From Octopus bimaculoides (Eukaryota), in the NCBI RefSeq assembly GCF_001194135.2, contig NC_068987.1, positions 103,064,923-103,102,249 of the forward strand: a stretch of DNA of 37,327 nucleotides, written 5' to 3'. The notes under the pieces are model-generated. The model saw nothing but the letters and a program-made list of their open reading frames with translations. It was not told the origin of the DNA and searched no databases. Made by a program: the position numbers and the translations under genes. Of this stretch, positions 10,794-23,232 are shown one piece after another (position 1 is the stretch's first letter; the number at the start of each line of letters is the position of its first letter).

Positions 10794-11192
10794 GCGTGGA
10801 GGCGTGCTTATGTGGTGAGAATCTTGCTTCCCAACCACATGGTTCCGGGTTTACTCCCATGCTTGGTACCTTGGGTTAGTGTCTTCTGCTATAGCATTGG
10901 GTCGATCAAAGCCTTGTCAGTGGATTTGGTAGACGGAAACTGAAAGGAGCCCGTCGTATATACATATGTGTGTATGTGTATGTCTGTGTCTGTATCTGTG
11001 TGTGCGTGTGTGTGCTTGTCCCTCCACTGTCGCTTGCCAACCGAAGTTTGTATGGTTACCTCTCCGCTACTTAATGGCTCGGTAAAGGAGACCGATTGAA
11101 TAATTACTATACTTGCAAAAATGAGTTATGGGGTCGATTTCTTCGACTAAAGACGGTACTCCAGCATGGCCACAGTCAAATGACTGAAACAA
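10794..11192 (+). mobile_element. SINE family A, full composite form: tRNA head, internal microsatellite and conserved 3' tail
   Basis: The head aligns with 7405-7568. Internal TA/TG tract at about 10957-11015. The tail ...gaccgattgaataattacta...ggggtcgatttcttcgactaaagacggtactccagcatggccacagtcaaatgactgaaac shares its first part with the minus-strand copy at 31012-31110. Confidence 0.85.
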
Positions 11193-11199
11193 TATTAAA

Positions 11200-11524
11200 A
11201 ATAGGGTGAATCTGTATTAAATTTATTTGGTCTGTGAATTACACATCATTGACCGTTAATTGAAACGACCAATCCATGGCCCTTATTTGAAACAACCAAT
11301 CAGACGAATCCATGTGTTTTAAATTTTAAATTTTACATTTCTTTCGATTGCATCGTTATCCTACCTCCATTTCTAACAAAACTGTCCGATGAACGGGAAC
11401 GTGAAACTCAGAGTAACGGTTTTTTTGTTATATTTCTGCTGCTTTTAAATAAAGCATATTACTCTACCTCTGGTATTTGAGTACTCTTTTTTCCACCTTG
11501 TTGCACATTTCATGTGCTTACTCC

Positions 11525-11526
<2 letters not shown>
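11200..11526 (+). mobile_element. Putative solo Penelope pseudo-LTR or non-autonomous element carrying the hammerhead
   Basis: Two CCAAT motifs, then the hammerhead, AATAAA and a short tail ending abruptly in (TA)n at 11527-11558. The 5' boundary is approximate. Confidence 0.5.
11378..11423 (+). ncRNA. Minimal type-I hammerhead ribozyme motif (Penelope-type), core variant CCGAUGA
   Basis: Stem I AAAACUGU/ACGGUUUU (8 bp, one G-U); core CCGAUGA 11386-11392; stem II ACG-GGAA-CGU; GAAA 11403-11406; stem III ACU-CAG-AGU (self-complementary ACUC-A-GAGU); cleavage triplet GUA ending at 11415; AATAAA at 11448-11453. Confidence 0.8.
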
Positions 11527-11561
<35 letters not shown>

Positions 11562-11975
11562 TTACATTAATTTAAATGTAGTGCCATCTAGACCCGCACA
11601 AATTTATAAATAAAATTTTAAGTAGTCGTACACATTAATGTAATTTTTTCAAATATTTTAACAGAGCAAGATGTATATACATATTGATATATATAAATAT
11701 AAACAGAGTTAGCGGTTGTAGTAACCGATTAAGGGATAACATATACGTATATACCATTAGTATCCGCTACCTGTGTTAACCACGGGCAATGGTATGCAGG
11801 GACGCCATATACGTCGAGCGTAGGTAACAACGGGATAAACAAAAGTTTATTAGGAACCAATGCAAATAATTAGAAAATGTTGAAGTAATGAACATATATA
11901 TAGTTATGTATATCTATAATCAGTGCAAATAAGGAGAAAATATAATGAAGAGAACTGCGAATGTTTTCTGAATGA

Positions 11976-12240
11976 AGCTTCAGAATCAGGTGCGGTTGGG
12001 ATGGTATGTATAGGGATGGTGGGGTTGGAATGTGTAGAGATGGGTAACGAGGGAGGGGCGACTTTGAAGGGAGAGGGTGAAAGGGAGAAGGTGGGTAGGA
12101 GTGAAAAGGGGAAGTAGGTGTCAGAGCAAGAGAGGAGAGGTGGGTGGGAGGAAGTAGGTGTGAGCAGAAGAGAGGAGAGAGGAGGAGGAGATGAGGAGAG
12201 AGGAGGAGGAGATGAGTAGGGGTGGAGAGTTGAGCCCATG
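11976..12240 (+). repeat. Purine/G-rich low-complexity tract
   Basis: GGG runs and GAGGAGA-type repeats; it produces the P/S/L-rich pseudo-ORFs on the minus strand. Confidence 0.85.
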
Positions 12241-13255
12241 TGGCGCAAAGGAGCGAAGAGAGAAGATTAATCCCTGTATCCCTGTTCATGATGCACGACA
12301 CATTATACATAAGAATAAGTGAAAGGACTTTAAGTGTTTTAAATTCTCGGTGTCAGTGAAATAAATATAAGAATGTACTTCTATTCCTTCGATAAAAGTG
12401 AATATTTATATTCATATTTGCTTTATTTACTCTAAACTGAGCAAGAAAAAATGCTTAAATAATGACAACCTGTGAAAATCACATTTTCAAATAAGGCTAA
12501 TCACTAATGAGCTCGTCTAATTTATGACTGTTTCATAGTAACTTATCTACGCTGTTGAAATGAGGTCAACTATCCGTGCTACCATCCATCAGGAGGCCCC
12601 TTGCATTGTGTCTGCATATATAGAGGTAAATAGAATTCGTTATAGTAGACATACCTGCTGAACATATCATATTCTGTTCGATTAATTCTTAGGCATATCA
12701 CAACTAACTGAGCTGTAAACTTTTGACAAATCCAGGTGTTTACAGCTCTGACATGATCCTTTAATTTTCCTTTAGTGCTGCAACACGTCTTCCTTCTGCA
12801 AACGACATTCGCGAAATGGATATTCAGCTAACTTCAGTAAATGAGATAGTAATAATCGCACGATATCACTTTGCTTGTAAAACGATGGTTTGTATTGGTC
12901 ATAGAATGAATCAACGTAAGCATCAGAGGAAATTAATGGAAAATCGATTTGGACTCGTTGATCGTTTTCTTAATTTAAAAATATCTCCAGGGTAATAACT
13001 GCCTGATAAAAAAAAAAAAAAAATGGAAGTATTCTTCAAAATAAGATTTACACATGAATTTTTTTTTTTTTTTTTTTGTCAGTTTCAGGCTGGTATGACC
13101 TCACTAGGAAGCGATAGCTCGAACCCCGACTGACTGTTTATAGAGTAAAGAAGAGCTTACAGCTCGATCCAGCGCTATTTGCGTTATTGCAGCGTGTCAT
13201 CGTTGAAGACATGATGAAAAAGTCAAGGGTGGGATGTGTTTACGTGTGAAAATGA

Positions 13256-13800
13256 ATGTTGAGTCGTTCAACGTATTATAGGTACGATACAAAAGGAAGT
13301 TTTGCAGGATATGTATTCGCGAAATTCTCTTCACTGATGACTGAACGGCTCATTTTTCCAAAGCCAGAAGATTATCAGAAGACTGAGGAGAATCGCAAAT
13401 CAGTCTCTACGCATGATAAAAGTAAAATATCTCTGTATGTGAGTTGTACGATTTCTGATGAGAAAAGCTTTGATGACAAAATGGTCCGCCGAATAAAGAC
13501 TACGGCGGTCACCAAAAGAACCTCAATGAACATCTGGGGGAACAATGAGGAATGAAATTGCCAGCAAAATACAAACCAACTCCAAACAGAAGCGTTCTCC
13601 TATCTGTAGTGTTCAGCCAAAACCTACTAGCTGTATCCTCAGCACAACAAAATGATGATTAAAAGCCAGGTGTGCGAGCTGAAATCTGTAATAAACATTT
13701 ATTGATGTGAACTACAATCAAGAGGTTTTGCCGCATGCACTTATGCCAAGAGTTGATATATATTCAAATGAAGAATGGCGCTTATGAATGTGGTAAGATG
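13256..13800 (+). pseudogene. Possible highly decayed, internally deleted Tc1/mariner transposase
   Basis: Colinear motif remnants LSRSTYYRY (HTH-like), IRRLRR, ISDEKSF (D1-like), SMNIWG, QQNDD and MPR..IQMKNGA. The spacing is too short for an intact protein and no TIRs were found. Confidence 0.35.
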
Positions 13801-14042
13801 CGTGAATTTCAATTTTGCCAAGATACATATAGTATATTTGAATCGACATGTGTTCAACAGTCCTACCATCTTCAACTGTGGTCTATCACGCTTGGGATAC
13901 AGATCATAGTGAAACCCACTTGTGAAGATGAATGTTTTACTGACGAAATAGTTATACAATTACATTAACCATACCTTCTGCAAGATTTAATGATATATAT
14001 ATATAAATATGTGTTTGTGTGTGTGTGTGTGTCTGTGTGTGT

Positions 14043-14158
<116 letters not shown>

Positions 14159-14426
14159 ATTATACACATATATATATACACACAAATTTGATATTAGTTC
14201 AAATATGCTTGAGGCGTATTCGTACCCGTAAGAAAGCCATTAACTGTATTTTATTACGGAGAAAATTTCTCGCAATAGACAGATGGGCGTAGGTGTACGC
14301 ACGCACGCACACTCACACACACACAGACACACACACACACACACACGCACACACACACACACACACACATATATATGTATATATATAGATATAGATATGT
14401 AAGTAGACAGGCAGACAGTGTTCTGT

Positions 14427-14461
<35 letters not shown>

Positions 14462-16344
14462 TAGAAACAGAATTGTTCATATGGAGACAGAGGCCCATGA
14501 ACAAACGGAAACTTTGCTACGTAGTGACATTATTCCATGTGCAATTGCACGGTGAGCCAAATTGCACTATTCTCTGAGCATGTTCATCTATGCGCATGCG
14601 GGATTTTCGTGTCAATGTGTATACACACATACATAGAGAAACAGAGAGGAAACGAAGCAAGATAGGTATACGGATCACCATGCTATATCTGCATGTCTAT
14701 GAATATACATATTTATTAAAAACGCATTTCATATAAATTTGTAATGGAAACAAATACATAAAAGTTATTCAAAATATGTTCTACACACAATCGCATACTC
14801 ATATATGTATGCACACACATATACACACACACACTCACGTAAATTCACGCACATTTATATATATATATATATATTTACCGATATACACACATAATTTGCA
14901 TGTATATAAGAATATGTACATCCACATTTATCTGTGTTATATACATACAACACACACAAGTTGTATGTACTAACGCACCAACGCACACATACATAACAAT
15001 TTTTCCACTACCGTATTTCTACGATATTTTATTCCTCCCTAAAAAAAAAATCTGTAATCTCCATTATAATTCTCTCATCTTCTTTCCAACGCAATCCCAC
15101 TAAAATCTATTGTTATCCTTTCACAGGGAACAGGGAGTCAATTTTCTCTCATTTCGTATATTTTCTATCAGCATCCGTCCTTTTCTGATTTTATTTTTAT
15201 ATTTTGACTTTCTNNNNNNNNNNNNNNNNNNNNNNNNNNNNNNNNNNNNNNNNNNNNNNNNNNNNNNNNNNNNNNNNNNNNNNNNNNNNNNNNNNNNNNN
15301 NNNNNNNNNNNNNNNNNNNNNNNNNNNNNNNNNNNNNNNNNNNNNNNNNNNNNNNNNNNNNNNNNNNNNNNNNNNNNNNNNNNNNNNNNNNNNNNNNNNN
15401 NNNNNNNNNNNNNNNNNNNNNNNNNNNNNNNNNNNNNNNNNNNNNNNNNNNNNNNNNNNNNNNNNNNNNNNNNNNNNNNNNNNNNNNNNNNNNNNNNNNN
15501 NNNNNNNNNNNNNNNNNNNNNNNNNNNNNNNNNNNNNNNNNNNNNNNNNNNNNNNNNNNNNNNNNNNNNNNNNNNNNNNNNNNNNNNNNNNNNNNNNNNN
15601 NNNNNNNNNNNNNNNNNNNNNNNNNNNNNNNNNNNNNNNNNNNNNNNNNNNNNNNNNNNNNNNNNNNNNNNNNNNNNNNNNNNNNNNNNNNNNNNNNNNN
15701 NNNNNNNNNNNNNNNNNNNNNNNNNNNNNNNNNNNNNNNNNNNNNNNNNNNNNNNNNNNNNNNNNNNNNNNNNNNNNNNNNNNNNNNNNNNNNNNNNNNN
15801 NNNATATATGCATATGCACATATAGGCTTATGTACATGTGTATTCGTACATACATGTGTGTGTGCAATTGTTTTCATAGCTCTTTATTTTACTTTTCCTC
15901 TATATTTCATTGCACTCCCGGGTATGTTTTTGATGGCTCTTCCTAATCATTCACAGTGAGACTTTAAGGTAAATTCCTGAACTTTCGTACACTGACTCAC
16001 AAAGGTACTTGGGAAGCGTCCTATACGATAGCTGGATGTATGTGTGTCTATGCATATATATTCACACACACACACTCACGCATGTATATTTATATATATA
16101 TATATATATATGTATGTAAACACGTGCAAATACGCACACATTAATATGCAGATTTATATGCGCGTTTGTGCAGGCGGGTATGTACATAAATACTTATGAG
16201 TATGTGTGCGTAAAACTGAGCATGTAAATACACTTGTATGTGCGCATGCGTATAAGCACGTGCCTGTGTGCATACATAGTGATTATATTTATGTGTGTAT
16301 ATGTGTTTGCGTGTCTATGTATATATAACGTATAGTTAATATGT

Positions 16345-16381
<37 letters not shown>

Positions 16382-16949
16382 TGTTTGTGAGTGTGTATGT
16401 ATATAAATACATATGTGTATATCTCGTTACGTATGTACATATATACATTATATATATANNNNNNNNNNNNNNNNNNNNNNNNNNNNNNNNNNNNNNNTAC
16501 ATACATATATACATATAGAGAGAGGGAGGTAGGAAGGGATGGAGGGAGAGAGTGAGGGAGAGACAGAGAAAGACAGACAGACAGATATGTTGTTTTGGGT
16601 AATTCATTCTGGACTAGGGAATACATTATGAATAAGAGATCGCTGACACAGAGAGACGCCATCAGCCGTGACAAAATATATCAGATGTCTAATTCAGTTG
16701 TTATAAATGATATTTTATCTTCGTCAATTTCATGCTATTATGTATGTTTAGTTCAAGTACTAGTGTAAGTGTCACTGTATTTGATATTCGAACGTACATT
16801 GTAGTCTCAACACACGGTGAAAACCTTTAACCTCGTAATAATGTTTATTTGTATAGCCAAACTCTGTGATGTACCATAGTGTAAATCAGGTTTAAGAAGG
16901 TGGGAAAATCCGCTATTATTTTGTGATAATAATAAAAAAATACCTTTGC

Positions 16950-18650
16950 TTATCAGACCCATTTTAAATCATGTTTCTGAACACATTTTCGTAGTGTATT
17001 CAAACTTGTTAAACCTCACACCAGATACACTTGCAACATTTTTATACATTTTATCACGGGCGTCTTTGTTCTTGAAATGTGTTAATTTTTTTCTGCAATG
17101 TGAAGCAGTTAAGTTTAATTACTTCGAGGACTCAGATTACAGAACATGTGTGACATGTTTCAATTGTTACCCAAAATTCTAACCCAGTGTATCATATGAT
17201 TTCTCTGCCATACCACTCTTCTCTTGTAAAGCCATCTTTACACTGTTGCCTTTCGTCAGATTTGAATTTTCAGATGTATTTCTAAAATCTAAACCTTTAA
17301 CTGGTTTGAATATTTTTAGATTCACCAAGAGTGTGAATTTTGTCTATGCATAGCCAGTTTCCATCTACCAAATCCACACATTAGGCCTTGGTCTGTCCGA
17401 GGCTATAGTGGAAGACGCCTGCCCAAGGTGCCACACTGTGGGTATTAACGCAGAACACCGTGGTTGGGAAGCAAGTTTCTTACCACTTAGGCACACCTGC
17501 GCAATCAGTTATCCGCTTTTTAACACGTATACCAGATTACAAATTATCTGATTTTTTATGTGTGCCTTACTAAAAATTGTTCCCATTTTCTGTGATTTTC
17601 CCTCCGTATATTCGACTACAAATAATCCTCTTTCTTTAGTTACATATCAAATCTAATCAGCTATTTGTCTACTGGCTAAGAGTAAAGCGTTCTCCTAAAT
17701 TCTTCCTAATTTTAGAATTTGGGTGACAGAACTCTGATTTTCCTAATAGTTGTGTATCTTATTTAGACAGTTGCAGATTTTGACGAATATATATATTTGG
17801 TGACCAACAGCTACCAAGGCATAGCTCCACAAACTCTATGAATTTCTGTTCAAAAAGAAAATTTGTTCTTTAACGTTTTGCATTTTGAAGACTGATCTCG
17901 TTTACTATACTTTCCTACACATCTTAGAATTTTAAAAGTTTATATTTTTATCTCTTGCTTAGAATCAATATAACAGGACGCAGAGAACAACGGGATATAC
18001 ACAATATGTTGCATCATTCACTAATTATTGACTGAGTATACTAATGAGAAACTCATATTTGTAACATTCGTGTCTGTGGGTCTGTTGGTATATGTATACA
18101 TTTAGATTTTGGTGTTATTGACTCAAACAGAACACGGTTAATTGCTACCATCAAATAAGTTACAAATGTGAAGCTATCATCTGTATAGAGAATATATAAG
18201 GTGCACTTTAGTTTTTGTACATTTTTGATTATTTTTTTGTGTTCATTTCTTTTAAAGTGTCAATCATGCCTGCTAAACAGTTAGCAGTCATGACATTGAG
18301 TATATCTAAATAGTGTTTGCTGTGTAAGAAGCAACAAACATCAAATGAATTATTCAGCTATGATTATAAAATTACATTTACTATTTGAAGTAATGTTGAG
18401 GCTTAAAATACCAAGCTAAATACAAAATTGCTATTTGTAGCAACTAGTAATTGAATGGCGTCTTTTAGTTCTTTTGTCGCACTCAATACTATCAAGACGT
18501 ACTCAGAGGCATGTAAACAACTTCATATAATCTCGCGAATTGTACATTTTCCAAAGCATGCTCAATCTTCCACTTTGGGTCGTCAAATTGACTTTAAACA
18601 TCTATCGGATACATTTCCTTATACAAAATTTATTTTATTTTCATAAACTT
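16950..18650 (-). pseudogene. Possible very old Penelope-like element, interrupted by a SINE
   Basis: Minus-strand remnants in the expected order: FDV, LYTDDSF (YTDD at 18176-18187), IPTD, KIRKNLGERF, CHTCSVI, IKC..QVYL..TLRK..H. Many stops, and the motif spacing is compressed. Confidence 0.3.
17355..17503 (-). mobile_element. SINE family A head
   Basis: Reverse complement aligns with 7405-7560 (cagtttccatctaccaaatccac...gaggctatagtggaagacgcctgcccaaggtgccac). Confidence 0.88.
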
Positions 18651-19092
18651 CATGTTGATTAACTTTATTTGTACTGAAAATGCATGTAGTTTTAAATAAA
18701 TCAGAAGAGCGAATGTATCTGCACATATATGAGCTCACAATGGGACCTCGGACGTATAAACTGAAGGTGAGATCACAGCATTAGTCTATTTTTAGAGATG
18801 TTAAGGTGAAAGATGGATGCATTTGGTGACAAGCTGCTTACAGGATCCTGTATCAATGTATTTTCCAGGGAACTTCTTTTCAATTCAACAGTTCAATCGT
18901 ATTTCACTTTATCATATAATCCCTCTTCTCACTCTGTAAATAAGTTAGCACATCGAACTAAGTCAGCCTATAAAAAAAGAAAGACAGAAGGATGAAAAAA
19001 GTTGAAGTATACTCATAGTTGCAAGAGGAGGAGGGAAGGAGGAGGTGGAGGGAAGAAGGAGGTGGAGAGAAAGAGGAAGAGAAGGTAGTAGT

Positions 19093-19158
19093 AGGGAGGA
19101 GGTGGTAGGGAGGAGGTGGTAGGGAGGAGGTGGTAGGGAGGAGGTGGTAGGGAGGAGG
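19093..19158 (+). repeat. 14-bp G-rich minisatellite (AGGGAGGAGGTGGT) x4.7 within a purine tract
   Basis: Four exact units from 19093 to 19148 plus a 10-bp partial unit. Confidence 0.95.
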
Positions 19159-19339
19159 ATGAAGGGAGGTGGAGTGGAGAAGGAGAGGGAGGTGGAGAAG
19201 GTGGAGGAAAGAAAGAAGAAAACGGGAAGTTGGTAAAAAGAAAGAAAAACAACCAAAGGCAACCAAAAGAATTTGAAAGAACAACAAAGATGAATGAAAT
19301 AATGAATGTAAAGAATATTAACCCCACAAAGGAGGAACG

Positions 19340-19739
<400 letters not shown>

Positions 19740-19999
19740 NNNNNNNNNNNNNNNNNNNNNNNNNNNNNNNNNNNNNNNNNNNNNNNNNNNNNNNNNNNNN
19801 NNNNNNNNNNNNNNNNNNNNNNNNNNNNNNNNNNNNNNNNNNNNNNNNNNNNNNNNNNNNNNNNNNNNNNNNNNNNNNNNNNNNNNNNNNNNNNNNNNNN
19901 NNNNNNNNNNNNNNNNNNNNNNNNNNNNNNNNNNNNNNNNNNNNNNNNNNNNNNNNNNNNNNNNNNNNNNNNNNNNNNNNNNNNNNNNNNNNNNNNNNN

Positions 20000-20040
<41 letters not shown>

Positions 20041-20199
20041 TATATACCATATATACACTCCCCCCCCCACTCAAGTGCATATATAATTATCTGTGTGTCC
20101 TTTGTGCGCGTGTGCCTCTTTAGTGTGTGTTTGTATCTCTGTGTGTGTGAATACATATGTTTATATATATATAAATATATATATCAGTATATATATATA

Positions 20200-20251
<52 letters not shown>

Positions 20252-20970
20252 TGAATATACGTATGTATATGTATATACGGACATTTATTTAGATTTATGC
20301 ACAAATGTACAGATACAAACACAAACTCACTCACACACAAACACATACACATATACAAACACATATCTACATATTTATGTAAACACATTGATATATATGT
20401 GACTTTTATATATGTATGTATGTATGTATTTATGTATGTATGTATGTATGTATGTATGTATGAACATATGCATGTATATATGTATATGTCGTTATATACA
20501 CAATGTTGTCCCGTTTCCCGTGCACTGTCTTAACTGATGAGAAATTAACCGTTAAATCGACCGCCAAAATACTTTGTAAATCTGTAATGGCTGAAGAAGG
20601 GAACAACTCATCTGAATAGCAATTAGAAGTCATTATCAACTTCTAAACCCAGTAAAAATTATTTTTTCATCATTGAAGTAGGAATGAGTCTAAGGAGACA
20701 CAAAATAGAACGTTGTAAAATATTAATAATGTATAAATACACAAATATAAATATAAATAAATATGGCGCTGAAGATAATGCGTTAGTTTGCTTTCCTTGA
20801 TCGCTACTTCAAAGTCGTTATCAAAACATTAACATATTTCGTGTATGTGAGCATATGTCTAATGAACAAGCACTTTCAAACAATTTCGGACGCATAAACA
20901 AACATACACTTAATCCCTATACACACAGACACACAGACACCCACATATGTAAAAATACAGATTCTTGTTC

Positions 20971-21070
20971 AGAGGCATGGTTGGCTGGTTCAGAAGTTCG
21001 CTTCCTGATGGTGTGATTCTCAGTTAGATGTCCTTACGCGGCAAAATGTGTAAGTAGTTGTAATACAGCC
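20971..21070 (+). mobile_element. Very diverged SINE family A head
   Basis: Patchy colinear similarity to 7405-7505 (agaagttcgcttcc...gcggca...aagt...atacagcc). Confidence 0.45.
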
Positions 21071-21164
21071 ACGTGTTGATCAATACTAAAAGTATACAAT
21101 TCGATAGACAGGAGTGGGCACCCATATACACACGTACACACTCGCAAGCGTTCATACATATTCA

Positions 21165-22012
21165 TACACACATTACTATCGTATAAGACGCTCTTCGTTT
21201 ATTTTTAAATGTATCTGAAAAATTTACCAGTCTAATGTGGCAGTGTTACGGATATGAAGCCAAGATCCAGAGACTTAGCAGCATTTTGTCCGTTTTCACG
21301 TTCTGAGTACAGATTCCTTACGGGATCGATAAAATAAATACCAGTTGAAATCTGTGATCGATGTAATCTACTTACTCCTCATCCAGGTTTCATTGCCTTG
21401 TGATAAAATGTACAATCAACAATAAGACAGTAAGAAGAAACCGAATTAACACAGATTAATGGCGCAAACATATTAAAAGTTTCTTAGAGTCATCGGCAGC
21501 TTTGTAGAGAGGTCGTATCATCTCATTATAACACCTTCCTCTGTATACATAACGCCCACTTCATACGCATATTATTACATTACTTCATAATTGTGTCACA
21601 TAAGAAATATTTGTCATTATCTAAATGAAAACCTCATCAAAAAGGATGAAAAAATATTAGATTTTCATTTACCTATGAGATATTTGCAATGAGTGGATGA
21701 TATGAAAACCATATACAACCTGTTCGGCGATTCTCTTGACCAGAATATAACTAACTATACAGTTATCTGAACGAAAATAAAGGGGAAATACGGTAACCCC
21801 GTGATATATGTTTTAGCAATAATTTTATGATTTCAGTATACTGCCACAATATTCTATTTACAAGCTCTCGAGCGTATATCTTCCGTTCTTAAAATACCTT
21901 TCAATAAGTGAGTCATGAAGCATACTAAATTTAATCTCTCCACACAATAATACTTGTAAAATAGGGGTGCATCTTATACAGGATTGCGTCTAATACGCCT
22001 GCAAATACTGTA
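21165..22012. mobile_element. Possible non-autonomous Tc2/pogo-type DNA element
   Basis: The right end, read in reverse from 22012, is TA-CAGTATTTGCAGGCGTATTAGACGCAATCCTGTATAAGATGCACCCC, the CCGTATTT..TATAAGACGCA repeated-motif end of Tc2-group elements. A decayed left end cgtataagacgc lies at about 21180-21191. Confidence 0.45.
21238..21415 (+). mobile_element. SINE family B, diverged copy
   Basis: cttagcagcattttgtccgttttcacgttctgagt...cgataaaataaataccagttg...gatgtaatctacttactcc aligns with 26388-26590 and 26607-26797. Confidence 0.75.
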
Positions 22013-23232
22013 TATATTTTAGTCTGTGTCTGCATCTATTCTTTATATTTTTCTGTTTATAAATCGGTGTTATGTATGTTACGACACTTTATGACAAATA
22101 AATCGCGATAAGACAAATTAGCAATCAATGATGTACATTATAGTCTTTATCTGTCACATGCCACCAATCAGTCAATTGGTCTTCTTTCTCTCTTTCTCAA
22201 TCTGTCTCTCCTACATACTCCCCCTCACACATTCACAAATACACACACATATTATGTACACAAACACTGACTATTAGACAAGAAATATGTGCATGAAGTT
22301 GAACATATGTATGAATAGTGGTCAAGTTCTCCAACGTTACTTGAGACCCGAAAATGTTCTAAAAATAGCATTTTCAAAAAGGATCAATGCTTAGTTGGAA
22401 ATGGATGTGTAACTTCGAGATATGGGATATTTTACTCTTCAGGTACTTGATATTAGAAGAGCAAATGCGAAGATACCTCTTGTCATGCTATCCTGGCAAG
22501 TATGTTAATTGCTATGTGGATAGGTTAGAGGACAAGAACTGATTTTAAAAAAATGGAAATTGGTTCCTCATGATGCTTAGAGAATGCATGAGTGCATCCT
22601 CTTCCGGAGTAACATTCTCCATCATATTTCAAATGGAATCTCCACCGCGGACAAGCTTCATATAATGTTGACCAAAAATATCAAGTGTCTGAAATATTGT
22701 ACAGGACCTGTCATAGTTGTATGTACGTTACTAAAATATTTCATTGAACAGTTACATCTTAATATTTAGCACACAACTTAGTATGCCATTGAAGATGCAA
22801 AACATTTTCTTCTTTCATTGATTCACCTTTATATATGCCTAAAATTTGAAATATTTAGGTGTTATGCATTACGAATTTACAATAAATTACATAAAATCTT
22901 AAATGTAATCAGACTTTATAGAAATTAACAGTACTGTAGATAGAATATTGAAACGGAATATTTTAGAAGTATAAATGAAGTATATATGATGTTTTATAAA
23001 TATCCATGAAGAGCAATGACAATAAATTATCTACTATTTTTCAGGATATTTGAAAATCAGGTGCTAAATTTTCCAAGATCTAACAAAAGTTTCTATCTGC
23101 CATTCATTACTCCCTCCAAATACTCACGAATATACATGCGAAACGTAGAGGTACTATTGGGTCAGTACGTATGTGCATATATACATACATACATACATAC
23201 ATACATACACAACACGCACACACACACACACA

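Noticed and set aside
11757-11835. Helitron-like terminal motifs (acctgtgttaaccacggg; gtaacaacggg)
   Set aside because: Too degenerate, with no TC/CTRR ends or partner terminus identified.
14590-14602. NRF1-like TGCGCATGCG motif (also at about 16242)
   Set aside because: A short motif easily generated in purine-pyrimidine alternating sequence; no promoter context.
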